64,000 nt of DNA, taken from contig CDMY01000581.1 in the NCBI GenBank assembly GCA_001179505.1, forward strand, positions 124,001 through 188,000, written 5' to 3'. This stretch comes from Vitrella brassicaformis CCMP3155 (Eukaryota; Protista; Chromerida). The notes below the pieces were generated by a model. It was not told the origin of the DNA and ran no database searches. It saw only the letters and a program-made list of their open reading frames with translations. A program made the translations under genes and the position numbers. This document shows, piece by piece, positions 11,886 through 25,742 of this stretch; position 1 is the first letter of the stretch; the number at the start of each line of letters is the position of its first letter.

Positions 11886-14800
11886 ATGGACGCCACAGTG
11901 CGCGGTCTGCTGATTACGTCTGGTGTGGACATCCTGTGGTTCGCCGTCTGCTTCACCGTCTTCGTCCTCTTCCGCTCACTCAGAGGCGACCGACAAAAGG
12001 GCGCACCACTCCTCACCCAAACCCCAGGGCCGTCAGGCGAGAGTGCGCCGGCTCCCCTGCCCCGCCACGGTGCACCCTCGTGGCCGCTGTCCTTCAGCAT
12101 AGCGAGTGAGAAGGGGACGGAGGAGGACGAGGGCCACTTCGACTGGTGGCACCGGCTGTTCCAGATCGATGACGACCTCTTCTACAGCACCGACGTGCAG
12201 ACCTACCTCGGCTTCCTCAAGTGCAGCTGTCGGCTTCTGTGCATATGTGAGTTGGGTTGGAGGGTCGGTGGGTGAGGGGGATTGGCGGGAAGGGCTGGAA
12301 ATCGCTCATTCATTTGCGTGGTGTGGGTGTGGTGATGGATGTGTGGTGTCAATCAATCAGTGAGTTTGGTTGGGCTGGTGGTGGTGTTGCCAGTGAATTG
12401 GACGGCCAAGCCTTTGACGGACGAGAATCTCGAGACGCCCCTCGACCGGGCCAGCGCGCAAAACATACCACCGGGGTCATATCGATTCTGGATACTCTAC
12501 GTACGTACGTCAACAGCGCTTATGCATCGCATTTGGATGTGATGTGATGGATTGAGTGAGGTCCTTTCCAAATGTCTGCCTGTGTGTGTGTGTGTGTGTG
12601 TTGCGCTTCAGGGTGTGACGTGGCTGTATTCGGTGCTGACGTACTTGTTCATCTACCAGTAAGCCACACACCACACACGGTGCGATGCGCAATAGGCCAC
12701 ACGCCGCTGTGTATGTCTGTCTGTTGTGTGAAGGTACCGGGCGATGATCACCGACCCCGACGTGCCTATCCGACAGATGTTCAACCCCACCAAATACACC
12801 GTCAGTCAGTCAGCCATCAGATCAGCCAGCCAATCACGTGACTGACCAACACACTCATCCCATCCCCTCTGCTGTCGCGTGTCATCTTGTTCAGCTGCTG
12901 GTGCGGGGCATCCATCGTGACAACATCGATGCCAACATTCTCTACTCGCACTTCAGGAAATTTCACAAAGGTATGCATGCTATGGGCTGTGGCAGGATGG
13001 ATGGATGGATGTGTGTGGTCAGATCGTGTGGTGACGGCCCATCTGGTCATGAACTACTCCCGCGCCATCGAGGCGGAACACGACCTAAAATGGGCGCAAA
13101 ACAAACTCGAGAGAACCAGGGTCAGTGCGACAGACATACAGACACACACAAAACAAAGACAGGCGACTGACTCATCGAGTGTCCATCTGTCTGGTGTTCA
13201 GATCCAGAACGCCCAGAGGCAGCGTGAGGAGCAGCCCGAGCTGAGCGTGCGTCCCTTTTGGCAGTGCTTCAGGCGAGTGCCGGCGGTGCGGTATTGGCAG
13301 GAGGAAGTCCACTACAGGGCCAAACTGCTCGAGAAAATATATGTGCAGGGCCCCACTAAGGTAGGTAGGTGTGGGTGGTACCCAACACTCCCACATCCAT
13401 CCATCCATCCATGCTGTCTGGTGTCTCTCTGTGCATGTGCATGTGCATGTGTGTGTGTGTGTGTGTGTAGGGTGCCGGTTTAGGTTTTGTGTCGTTCACG
13501 TCGCCCGACTGCGTGTCCGACAGCCTGGCCGACCCGCGTGTGGTCGGCCATCACTACGACTGGTCTGTGCTGCCGGCTCCGCCCCCGCAGGACATCATAT
13601 GGGAGAACATCCACCTCTCGGACGGCCACAGACTCACCTGCAAACTCGTCCTCAATTTCCTTCTCTTTGTCTTCTCCGTCTTCATCGGTATGTGTGTGAT
13701 GTGCGAAACAAAGGAGAGGAACGGAGAGCATTGCATTGCATTGCATTGCATGAGGTTCGTGTGTTGTGTGTGTTCGTTCTGTGTGTGCAGTGTCGCCTGT
13801 GCTAGTGCTGAACGCGCTGAATCCGCTGCTGCAGGACCTCAAGTCAGCTCTGCAGGAGAGCAACTTCTTCCGGCTGTTCCTCACGGCGTACCTGCCACCG
13901 CTCATTCTGTATGTCGTCAACTCGCTCCTGCTGCCCACGCTGGTCTACGGGGTGGCTGTGTCGTCCGGCCACTGGCGCAAGTCGGCCTGTCAGGCGTCTG
14001 TGCTGCACGGCAACATTATCTTCCTCATCCTCAACTCGCTCATACTCCCACTGATGTCTGTCCAGGTGAAGCCAGACAGAGAGAGAGAGGCCATCAATGC
14101 GTGTGTCACATGGGTGCCGATCTCGATGAGCGCGTGTGTGATTGTCAGTCGATATCGGCGGTGTTGGAGCAGATCTACCAGACGCAGATACAGCAATGGA
14201 ACATCACTTTCGGCACACTCGTGCTCTCCTCATCGGGTGGGTCGACATGGCACACACGTCTGTCTCGTCACACATGTGTGTGTCTATGTGGCCGTCAGGT
14301 TCGTTTGCCATTCGCTACCTGATCAACACGTGTTTCCTCACGACAGCAGCGCAACTGCTCCAGCTGCCACAAGTCTCCTACCGCACGTAGATCAACCACA
14401 CACCCCACCACACACACACATACAGAGGGAGATATATTCCTCTTGTCCCTTGCCTGTGGGTGGTCAGTGCGCGCAAAGCTGTTGCTGTGAGCGAGTCTGA
14501 GATCAAGAGCACCGAGGAGAAATGGGCCTTTGACTTTGGGTGCGTCCGTGAGAGCGTGGCGCATGGACACGGGCACGCGTGAGTGTGTCGTGTGTGTGTG
14601 TGTGTGTGTGTGTCAGGTATTGGTACGCTTTTTCGTTGTCCGTGTTGACGATTGTGTTGTGTTTCTCGGTGGCGGTGCCCTTCCTGGTGCCGTTGGGTGC
14701 GCTCTACTTCGCAATGAAATACCTCGTCGACAAGTACAACTTCACCTACAACGTCTACAAGGTACGCTAGCACACACACACGAGCGTGACGTGACTGACC

Positions 14801-15705
14801 TTGATTGGTGTTTGTTGTGTGTAGGTTGAGCTTGAGAGTGGGGGCGTGGTGGCCCACACCGTACTCAGCTACATGATCTTCGCATGCGCATTCCTCCAGG
14901 CAGACACCCAACACCACACACACTGTCACACACCCACACACCCATATATCCCCATGTGCCCCATGTGTCCCGGCCCTTCCTCCTTCCCTGCCTGTGTTGT
15001 GTGCATGTCTTCAGTTTTCGATGTCGGGTTTCTTCGTAATCCACGGCTCCAAGGGCCTCACGCTTGGCGGGTGCATCCTCTTCATCGTGTCGGCCACCAC
15101 GTTCGGGCTGCTGGCCTTCCAGGGCACCGACCGACTCTTCTCATGGCCGACGGCGGCAAGCATGGGCAAAACTTCACCTGCCGCAGAACCTACGGTGTGC
15201 TGCAGTTGTCCGTCAGCCATCACTATATGCTTGCATGTGATTCATTCATGTCTCTCCCCTGCCCTTGTTGTGTGTGTCACTCACGATATATCAGTCTGAC
15301 GACAGCGACCGTCTGGGTGCGGATTATGTCGAGGCTCTCAAACAGGCCTACCTGCACCCATGCGAGATCGCCAGGCAGCAGCCGAGGCGGCACGGACTCC
15401 CTTCCAGCACCATCACCTCAACAGACAGGGACCCCTCACCACAAAGATTCCTGTCACCCCCCGCACCACGATCGGTCGGCGGCCAACGCTCTGCGCAATC
15501 ACCGTCGCCATCGCCGCCAATGTCCAGTCCGGGGGTCGTCAACAACAGCAAGAATCGGCGGCCGAGGTTCCTGAACGACGACGACACCAATGGCCTTTCT
15601 TTGAGTATCACCCCTACTGGACCGTACGGGCCAGAAATGTCTGATGAGGCGGCGCTGTCCAATGACAACAGGGGGAAGAGAGGGGGAGGGGCACACCCGG
15701 GTTAA
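11886..15705 (+). CDS. OSCA/TMEM63 (CSC1/ERD4-like) mechanosensitive cation channel, multi-exon
   Basis: N-terminal TM (SGVDILWFAVCFTVFVLFR), APPPQDIIWENI, YAFSLSVLTIVLCFSVAVPFLVPLGALYFAMKYLVDKYNF, terminal AYLHP motif and S/P-rich tail. GC-AG intron at 14900. Confidence 0.93.
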
Positions 15706-15711
15706 TTGAGT

Positions 15712-16011
15712 NNNNNNNNNNNNNNNNNNNNNNNNNNNNNNNNNNNNNNNNNNNNNNNNNNNNNNNNNNNNNNNNNNNNNNNNNNNNNNNNNNNNNNNNN
15801 NNNNNNNNNNNNNNNNNNNNNNNNNNNNNNNNNNNNNNNNNNNNNNNNNNNNNNNNNNNNNNNNNNNNNNNNNNNNNNNNNNNNNNNNNNNNNNNNNNNN
15901 NNNNNNNNNNNNNNNNNNNNNNNNNNNNNNNNNNNNNNNNNNNNNNNNNNNNNNNNNNNNNNNNNNNNNNNNNNNNNNNNNNNNNNNNNNNNNNNNNNNN
16001 NNNNNNNNNNN
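15712..16011. other. Assembly gap (300 N placeholder)
   Basis: Exactly 300 N. Confidence 1.
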
Positions 16012-16565
16012 GGGGGGGTGGAAGGAGGTATGTGTGTTAGATGTGTTTGTAAGGCGTCTCTCTGTGTGTGTCCGTGTGTGTGTCGTCGAGCATTCCTTGT
16101 GCCATAGACAGACAGAGCAGGTAGGTCAGTTCTGGATGGATGGATGGATGGTTGTCGTGCATACGATACGTGTCGGTCGCTTCCTTTGACTGACCGTAAG
16201 TAAACCATTCTCATAAGCACGCCACGCACGTGTCGTTGGACTCAGCACACTCACTGTGAATGGAATGGCGGCATTTCTTTGAAACACTCACTCGTCCCAT
16301 ACGCAACACCGAACATCATGCCCGTCGGCATTTCGCTCGGAAACATCGCTCTCCCATTGCTCCCTCCCCATCTGATGGGGAATGTACTAACGACACACGC
16401 ACTCGTATTGCTAGCACTAGAGACCTGCTCGGCTGACTGACACACGTCTCTCACAGACCCACAATCAAATCACACTCAGACCTAACACTCACTGGCCGAC
16501 TCAGAGACGCACGGCTAGCTTACTTACAGCAAATAACCACCTCCCTCCCTGCCTCCCTCCGTGAA

Positions 16566-19321
16566 TCAGTTGGCCTCTGCTTGTCTGGTGCTGGCCTCCT
16601 CTTGTATGGTCGCAGCCCTCCTCAGCAGCGCAGACCTCGCCGGCGTCATGGGAGTGTTCATCGAAGCGTATGGCGACCCGGTCGGCCCGAATGATAGTGT
16701 CCACGCGCCACTTCCCACACTGACCGTGTCATGCCGATCCCTCTCCCTCTCCCTCCCCCCCTCAAGGCCGAATCGGCTCATCAGCGGCTGCTTACTCTCA
16801 TCCTCGTCTCGGCTCTTCCTCCTCGATGACGACGCACGGGAGGGCCACAACGAGCTGAGGAACGACGGCTTCCTCTCCTGCCCACCACTTCCTCCTGCTG
16901 CCGCCGATGCACTAGCACTAGCGCTAGCACTTGCACCGGCACTGGCAGACCGTTGGTGGTGGTGCTGCTGCTGCTGCTTCTGCTGCAGTTCCGTAGGGCC
17001 GTTTTCCATCGGTGTCTGGTCGCTGGAGCATGGCGGTGATGACTTCGGTGGGGGGAAGGATGTGTAGGGCGCCGAGGGTGAGGATGAGTCTGGCGGGAGG
17101 CCGGATGGGGCCGGTGCTGCTGCTGGTGCTGCTGAAGAGCCTCCCGGCTGGTTGCCGCTGTCGTTGTTGGGACTCATTGCGGTGGGCAGCATGGGGGCCT
17201 CCAGCTTCTCACTCTTGGGGACGAGGCACACCAAAGGGGTGTAGATGACGTTGGCCAACATGTACACAAGAGCTGATAGATACACAGAGAAAGGGGTGGA
17301 AAGAGACACAGAGAGACAGAGAGGGCGTGTACAGTTCAGTCACCTTGCTTGCTGCAGTGCAGTGCCCTATGCTTCCGTGGTCGTGTTGGCCGCGCCATGC
17401 GCGCTACCAATTTACTTACCAGTGATTTGGAAGGTGAACCTGTAGTCCTTGGTGTCGGCCAGCCAGCCCCCAAACAAGGCCGATGCTGCCCAGGTGCTCG
17501 TTATCAGCGACTGCAGGGACGTCCACTTGCCTGAATGAATGAAGCACGGAAGGTCACACACAGATGAAGGAAGGAGTCATGTATGGATGAGTGGTGTGAA
17601 TGTGCCCAGGGAGGGGACCGGACCTACCTCTGTTTTTGCTCGAGACAAAGTCCGCGATGATAGATCGGTCGATGGGCGTGGAGGCGTTCTGCAGTGACCC
17701 CCTGAGGATGTGCACAGTGACTGCCACCCAGAAGTTGCGGGCCACGGAGAGACCCACCAGGCACCTGCACACAGGGACATACATGAGCACTGGCTGCTCT
17801 CTCCTTCCGCCCGTCGTGTGTGTCCCATTTGTATGGCTGCGTACAGGCAGCCCGCGACGGTGAAGTAGAGGGACACCTGAGCCCGACCAAGAGAGGCCCC
17901 CATGTACTGAACCACTGCAAACACGCACAGAGGAAGACGTGTCCGTGTGGTTGGTGTGGTGTGGTGCCACAAGCTTTGCGGCTGACGACTGACCGAAGGT
18001 CATTGCAGCGATGGCGAGTGTGTAGAACAACTGGACTGTGAGGACCCCCGTCGGTTTGAGCCCATACTCCTTCTTGAAGAACAGGTTGAAATACTTGACC
18101 GTCATCCCTATAGGCAGCCACACAACACACAATAAACCGCCCACGTGCAGTGCACGTCGAGACCGAAACAAAGGAGATAGGCACCCATGCATTAATGGGT
18201 CCTCCCTCCGCTCACTCACCGGCGCCGGCAAAGGTGACGAAATGAGAAAAGAAGACGATCCACGGGATGTGCCGCTCGTCGAAACACACGCACCGCATGT
18301 CCGTCCGCCTCCTATCGTCATATTCCGCAGCAGCAGCAGCGGCCGCACTGCCACCGGCGTCAGCCTTTTGGCTCTTCATCAGCAGCTGCCTCCTGCTGTC
18401 AGTTGACGGCACCTTGTCGGTCCAGGCCCACAGGATGAGAGCCTGTGGGAGGCTGACCAGGAGGCCGAAGAACATGACTGCCCGCAGTATGGCAACATCC
18501 CACACGTCGCCGAGCCTCCTGAAGAGGAAGATCTGAACGAGTGGCCCCAGGCCGTTCGAGAGCGTGGTGATCGCGCGACGGTACACATAGAACCGGCTCC
18601 TCTCCCCTAAAACACACACACGCACACACGCACACAGTGAGTGATGTGATGGAGAGCACCTTCGTGGACGACAAAGCTAAGCACCTTGTTACCTTGTGGA
18701 ATGCTCTCTGCGTAGAGGGCCTCCGAGGCGACGAATGCAAACTCATACCAGAAGCGCCAGGCGATGGTCACGGCATACCAGGCGTACTCGTAGTCCGTCT
18801 GGAGGGCATAGTAGTTGGTGGCGATGCACACGGCCGTGACCAACGAGCACACTTGAAGGATCTTGGACCGACGCGTGACGAAGTAGGGGTGGTCGCACAG
18901 CAGGCCGGCCGGCATCGACACCAGCAGAGTCGTCATGCCGCCCAGAAACGTGAACCATCCCACCTGCACCAACAACAACCACCACACGGGGCGGGGCGAC
19001 CAGTATGCCAGTCTGTCAGCCACGCCATCTCTCTGCCATCTGTCTGTCTGTCTGTCTGACCTTGGTGTTAGTGCCGAATTGCAGGTGCAGGTATTGGTCG
19101 AAGATGTAGCCCGACCGCGTGACGTAGGCCACACCGTTGAAGAAACGAAACAAAAACCTGGATGGGATGACATGACAGGCAAGACAGACAGACAGACGAC
19201 AACCCAACAAAGGGCGTGTCTGTTCATTCGCTGTTTGTTTGTTTGTTTGTTTGTTTGAACGTGCGTGTGTATGCGCTGCTCACATGAGCCATATGTTGCG
19301 ATTGAGGACGACATCTCCCAT
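16566..19321 (-). CDS. Major facilitator superfamily transporter, multi-exon, with a long disordered C-tail
   Basis: Spliced start MGDVVLNRNIWLMFLFRFFNGV. Also VSMPAGLLCD (motif A region), EALYAESIPQGERS, AGMTVKYFNLFF, RGSLQNASTPIDRSIIADFV, KWTSLQSL..WAASALFGGWLAD. Confidence 0.92.
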
Positions 19322-19641
19322 TGTCTGACTCTCCCCAGATTCCAATCACATCACACTGGAGCAGCTGCTGACGAGCGCGCGGCAGCGGCAGCTAGCTACC
19401 GCAGGAAGGATGGCCTTGCGGAGTAGCTGTGTGCACGCGGGAAGGGCAGCTCCCGTCGGTCAGTCCAGCTTCGTTCTCAAACCACAAGCAACCGAGTCAA
19501 CACTGAGATCTCGCCTGTCAATCAAAGACCTTACAGCAGATCCTCCTTCACCATGCAGGGCACCCCTGTGTCTTCGCAAGAATTTCAGGTGCCAGATCTC
19601 TTGAGCTCGCAAGAATGAGGGGGGAAAAGGGCGGGTAGGCG

Positions 19642-21279
19642 ATGGAGATCCGTATGCGGGCATGTAACTACAGCCGCGACGGCAAACCGTTGCGTCAGAC
19701 GCTCCCGGGCACGCGGCGGTGTGAGTGGGAGACTTGGATGGACGAGGACCAAACACCCGACGATGCGAGGCTCAAAACGGACCTCGGCGTCATGGAGTAT
19801 GCGCAGGCTCTCGTCCGTAAGCACAGCACACACAGACACAGACATAGAGTGGCGAAATTTGAGCAATATACTGTATTGTTTGTGCATGCCGCTTTGGGGT
19901 GCATGTGTGTGTGTGTGTGTGTGTGTTGCAACAGGTCGTGACAATATGGATGTGGAGCACATCTACCACGCGCCCAAGGGGGTGGACCCAGTGGCATGGC
20001 AATACGAGCACATCAGGTCAGGTGGGGTAAAGGAATGGGTGGCCAGGGCGGTTAGTGCGGCCACTGACGGGTCTGTCTGGTGGATGGATGCATGGATGGT
20101 GTGTTATGCTATGCTATGGTGCTAGGTTGTTTCTGATTGAGTTCAATGACCTGCTCACAGACCTGTGTAGGCGATAGATACGCACACACACGGAAACACG
20201 CCTACCTTCTGGGCGTGGCGTGCTCTAATGCGTGTGTGCGGTGCCGTGTGGATGTTTCTTTCGATGTGTCAGGCAAGGAGTGCGATCGCACCTCGTGTCC
20301 CAAGATGACGGCATCTCACGAATGGCAGTACCTCTGCGCAGCCCATAAAAAACCGCAAGACGTACCAACGCGTTGGCACAGCACATACCTGGCTGGTCAC
20401 ACATACACGCGTCGGTCGTGTCGTCTGGTGTGGTGTGTTGATGTGATGACCCATTCATTGATTCATCACATGACTGACTGACTGACTGCAGTGTGCGGCC
20501 ATCGACTACATGGTGCACACCATTGACGGCACCGCTACCGTGCTCACATCCATCAAACACTTCTCGGAAAGGTCGGTCTACGTGTCTATCAGCTTTGCTG
20601 TGCTGCATATGCTGCATGTGTGTGTCTGCAGGGGCAGCAAGGCGCAGTACAGCCAGTCGCAGGCGCAGAAGTACTTCGTGTCCATGGCCAGACGCATATA
20701 CAGGTGGGTGACTCACTCACTGACCTGACCCACACCAAAAGACACACACCAGCCAGCATCTCTCTCTCTCTCTCCCTCCCTTGTGGACCATCCCGGTGCG
20801 TGCAGAATATTCGGTCACGTCTACTACAACCACAGAACGATATTCGACAGATTCGAGGTCAGTTCAGAAACACCGAGCGAACAAACCTCCCTCCTTTCTT
20901 GTTGCCATCCATCCATCCATCGCATGTCATGTCATGTGTTTGACGTGGGCATGGCATGCAGGAGGCGACGCACATGTGTTTCCGCTTCACGTATTTCGCG
21001 CTGCTGCACTCCCTGATGCAGAACAACATGGTGCTGATCCCCAAGGAGGCCTACGTGCCCGAGGACTACGACGGCGATGTGGACATCCCCCAGCCCACCA
21101 CACCCAGCCAGGCGGCCGCCACCTCATCATCCTCCTCCGGTAGTGCCTCCGGGGGAGGGTCGGGAGGCGGTAGTGGGGGTGGGGGTGGGGGTGGGGGCGG
21201 CGGCGGCGGCGGCGGCACGTCGTCATCGCAGTCGATGGGGGGCAGCGGAGGCGGACACTCGCAGAGGAGAAGCAAATAA
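19642..21279 (+). CDS. MOB4: MOB family protein, MOB4/phocein subfamily, with a poly-Gly tail
   Basis: WQYEHIRLFLIEFN, CPKMTASHEWQYLCAAHKKPQDCAAIDYMVHTID, F.SMARRIYRIFGHVYYNHRTIFDRFE; this is the phocein-type CAAH/CxAIDY signature. Confidence 0.93.
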
Positions 21280-22001
21280 GCAAGATGGGGGTGGGGGGCA
21301 ATGTTGATGAGGATTGATGGAGGGTTGGGTGAGGCAGGCTGGCTGGGTAGTGTGGGTGGGTTGGCACAACCATGGCAGACAGATACGATCGATCGTAGGG
21401 AGGGACGGGGTTATGTATGTCTGGGTGGCAGGGTGGGGTGGCCGCTCTTAGTCTGTCTACGATTGATTTGCCTGACTGAGCACAGCACGGGTGGCCACGT
21501 CTGCTCTGTACGAGGTGACGCATCGGTTGAGGATGGATGCATGGACGGTTTGTCTGCGATCGTCCATGTTCCCCTTCCCAGCCGACCCATCGCCTCACAC
21601 GCAGAGCAAGGCAGCCAATGAATGCAACCGTGTGCTTGGTGTGCATACCGGCGAACAGCGTCTGGCTGCATGTGTGATGCTGACCTCGTCGCGCTGCGAG
21701 TGAGGTATTGTCTCGGCTCGGAAGGGCAACACACCCGGTTTGTCTCCGATCGTCTGTGTTGACCTTCCTGGCGGACCAATCTCCTCATCTGGACGGCGAA
21801 AAGAGCGATGCAATGAATGATCTGGCAAAAGTTTCATGAATCCGTGAAGGTTCCAAGCGGCGCCTTATCTGCAGCAGCGGTTTCAGGGGTAAGCACCCTA
21901 GGCCTGACGGCCAAGCCTTATATGCGAGCTTTTGGCGAGTTCAGGGCTGAAGCCAACGGGAACAGAGGGCGGGTGTGCAGAGGCAGCGGCGGACTCTGCA
22001 G

Positions 22002-25000
22002 ATGCGCGAGGTGCCTGCTTGGACCTCCTGCTGTTTGCTGATCCACTTGATTCGCCATATGGCCGCCCTCGTATTTTTGCTCGACAAGCATCAGCTGAGC
22101 GCCGCCCACCCGCACCATCCCGCTGCCTTTGCAGCCCTGCCGCAGCCATCCTTCAGGAGGACCAGACGGCGCGCCCCTCTCGCCCTCTCCGCATCGTCGC
22201 CCCTTCGACGGCATCTGGAGAGCACAAGAGCGGCCGAATGGCGAGGCAGGCATATTGCCTGTGTGCCGTCGATTCGAGCAAGGAGGAAGGCGTTGACTGT
22301 GAGGCCATCAGCGGCACGCGAGGATGTGGCGGTAGCTGCTGCTCCAGAGACCGACCAGCTGCCCGCATCCACTACGTCCGATAAGCAGCCTCCTCACGGC
22401 CCCGCCAAGATGGGCCATCTGGTGAAGGCGAACGAGTACCAACTGCAGCCCCCATTAGGACCGCCTCACGTTCAAACGCCCTCTGGCACTCCAGAGAGCA
22501 GCGCCGTGGGTGGGGTTGCTGACCGGTCTCCTGCAGGCGGAGAGGGAGAGGGAGAGGGGGAGGGTGGGAGTGGTCAGCTCTTCGCCTCCGCCAGTGGCAG
22601 AGAGGCCGAAAAGAAGCGCAAGGCGGCTGCGGCTGCTGGTGGTGGGAGTGAGTCGGCGTTCGGTGTGGAGAGCGTGGACATCTTCCAGGCCTTCGCTGAG
22701 TGGCTCGAGCAGGCCTACACGGCCATCGTCGAGACCTTCTTCCCTCCAAGCCCCCTAGGTACGTCAGTCAGACACACACGCACTTCACTCACTCGACCGT
22801 CGCTGGCGAGGGGACGTGTCCATCTATCTCTCTTTGCCGTCCGTCGTGTCCGTGTGTGTGATTTGAGTGCAGCTCCGTATGAGTCCTCGATACAGTTGGG
22901 TGAGGGCCCTGGTGGCCGTGGGCTGAAGCGGCCATCGCTGACCGAGGCAGTGCCCGGCACCGGCATCGCACTCTCCCTACTCACATTCATCCTCGCATTC
23001 TTGTAAGGCACTAAGGCACTGACTACAGGCGACACACACACGGCTTTTCAGTGAGTGCCGATCGACCTACCTTCGTGTGGTGTGTGTGTGTGTGTGTGTG
23101 TGTGGGTCAGTCCCGGAACATCGCCCCAGTTCATCGCTGCCCTGACGCCAGCCACTTCGGCAATCGTCGCAGCCGCTGCTGCCACTGCCGAAACACAAGT
23201 CACCACACAGCACATTTCGAGTGCCTTCCTCCCGTCTGAATCACATCCGCCTGTCTGTCTGCCTGCCTGCCTCTGTGTGTATCAGTCACGCGAGGCGGTG
23301 GCCCGTGCCAAGAAGTTCTCAGCCTCTGCTGCTGTGGCTGCCGCGCGAGCCGACGCCGCATCAGCCAGGGCCGCAGCCGCCTCGTCTGCTGGTCAGTGAA
23401 TGGCGACACACCCCTCTAGATGCCTTCCTGTGTGTACTTTATGCTTCCGTGTGTGTGGTTGATCCATCCCATCAGTTCCGGCTGCCTCAGCGTGGGCAGG
23501 CTTCGGTGCAGTGTTAGCTGGTGCGCTGGAGGTGGGGGCGGTCGTACCGGGGCTGGTCACACTGGGGCGCTTCTCGGCCGTGATTGCCACGGCCATGGCG
23601 GCGTGGGCGGCTATCCTCGCTGCCACTGCAGAGGCGGAAGCCAAGATAGCCATGGCGCAGACACCTGAGGAGGTCAGAATCAAGGGGTGGGCCCCACCAT
23701 GATCTGATCTGCGCGTTCCTTGGTGTTTGCTTCGCATGTATTTAAATATATTGTTGTGCTGCTGTGGTGTGTGTGGTGTGTTTGGTGTGCGTGCTGTGGT
23801 ATAGGAAGAGACGAGCACTCAGGCAACGAATGAGCAGACGGCCAAGGCCCTCTTCTTCGTACTCGGACCTGCACTCTGCGCACTCGTCGCCGCCAGGTGA
23901 GTCATCCGACCCGGCCGACACAGACAGCACAGACAGAGGTAGATAGGATGGATAGGCGGCCTGGCCTGGCCTGCATTGCATGTTCCTCCTCTCTCTGTGT
24001 GGGGCACCACACCACACCCTCTGTGCTGTGTACTGTACAGGGGTCGTTCCAAGCTTGCTGTGTCTGCAGCAGTGGCGGCCGCCACGGCAGCACAGGTAGG
24101 TACTCACGCCACTCGGCATATGCCGACGCCACTTGTTGCTGACGGCCCAATCAAGCTTGATTGTCTTCTCCTTCTTGTTTCCCTCTTGGTGCCTGTCCTG
24201 TGCAGGCAGCAGCTCGTGCCGAGCGTTATGCTGCCCAGGCTGCCAGGGCGACGGCCGCCAAGGCCATCAGGGCGTCGCGGTCAGAGGTGGAGGTGTCCAA
24301 GGCAGAGGCATCAGCCGCTGTAGCACCGTTCGCATCCGCATCAGCTGCCGTCGGTACGCTGGCTGATTACAGAAACACACACAACAAATGTATGTTCACG
24401 GCCTGCCTTCGATTGCCGTCGTGTTGTCTGTTGTTGCGGGTGTGGTGTCGTGCAGCTCCCCCCGCTGCGGTTGTGATAGCGGTGTTGGACCCCATATGGT
24501 CGGTGCTGGCTCCCTTGATGGCGACCTTCTTCGGCTTCATCGCCGTGGAGGCGGCCACCAAGACCAAGGAGGAGGCCGACGAGGCGCAGGCCATCGCACT
24601 CGAGTCGGTCTTCTCACCCACATACCAATCCCTCAAACCCGTCACCTCACTCAGGTTGGTCGTCACACAAACATGCACCAAGGACGAACCATCGATCGCT
24701 TTTGCTCCCTGTAATGTTGTTATGTGGTCTGTCGTTCAGGGCGTCGGTGCTGCAGCTGTTCGGGTGGCTGGGTCGGTGTGTCACGCGCTTCAACGCCTCG
24801 GTGTGGCGCTCAGTTAGGGCACCCTTCCAGTGGAGGGCCGTTTGGCGGGCCAAGTTTAGGCAATGGGCCGTGCTGGACTTGGCCGGCCGCCGGCGGGATG
24901 CCCGCGCGGCTGCCAAGGAAGAGCCCAAGGGGCCAGATGAGAGGGACGACAAGAGGAGGTCTGACGAGAGTCCCACGCCGCCTGTCGAGCCGCCAGAGAG

Positions 25001-25742
25001 ACCAAGGGAGAGGATAGCTTCTGATGCGGCAGAAGGTGATCATGGCCCGGCGATGAGGATCAACGAGTACCGGGGGCAGGAGACCGAGGCCATCATGGCC
25101 GACGCGCGCGTCCCGTTCCCGCGAGACAGGCGGCGGCAAAGCGATCAGCAGCAGCCCCCGCCACCCGAGACCGTCACTCAGCAACAGCAGGAGAGGAGGC
25201 GAGCCACCCTCACACAACCAGCCGTGGGGGCGACCGAGGGCCCATCTCGGCCTCAACGAGGCTGGAAGTTTCCCTCATGGCCACGATTCCTGCGCCCCCC
25301 TCCTGCCGATGCTCCCTCGCCCGTGCGGCGGCGGACAGCCATCCCTGACCGCGTCGACTGGTCAGTCGTGGATCTGGCCCTGGAATCGGGGGAGGCGAGC
25401 AACGAGGCTCTGAAATCACTTGTCAGGGAAATTGAGTTCCCACCGCGCGGACGGTCAGCTGGGATGACGACTGGCGGGGTGGTCAAGACACCGACCCCCA
25501 AGGGGCGGGTAGCTGCGGCCAACGACACGGCGGTAGCTACCACCACTGCCACTGGTGGCGGTTCCTTGCCACACGAAGGCGCTGCTGACGGTGGTGCTTC
25601 CAGTCCCCTGTCGCTGACTTATGACGGGAAGAAGCTGTCGGTGAAGGGGCGCGTTGACGGGGCTGGTCCAGCTTCGGAGGCTGTCAAGGGCGAGACTGCT
25701 GCTGTAGAAGAGAGGAAGAGGGAGGCCATTGAGGCCAAGTGA
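22002..25742 (+). CDS. Uncharacterised Ala-rich multi-pass membrane protein with a probable plastid-targeting presequence
   Basis: About 9 exons join in phase through GT-AG sites. The N-terminus ...HPAAFAALPQPSFRRTRRRAPLALSA resembles a signal + transit peptide. Four hydrophobic/Ala-rich blocks; charged disordered C-tail. Confidence 0.75.

Noticed and set aside
16251-16454. Short minus-strand ORF (MFPSEMPTGMMFGVAYG...) downstream of the MFS gene
   Set aside because: No recognisable homology or supporting splice structure; likely 3' UTR or intergenic.
8428-19397. GCTAGC and TGCATGC ApiAP2-type motifs as promoter elements
   Set aside because: GCTAGC occurs in two divergent spacers but not the others, and both motifs are frequent in introns and 3' regions. 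Enrichment cannot be shown by eye.
21595-21837. 80-aa minus-strand ORF upstream of the Ala-rich gene
   Set aside because: No motif or convincing exon chain; it could be promoter or UTR sequence.
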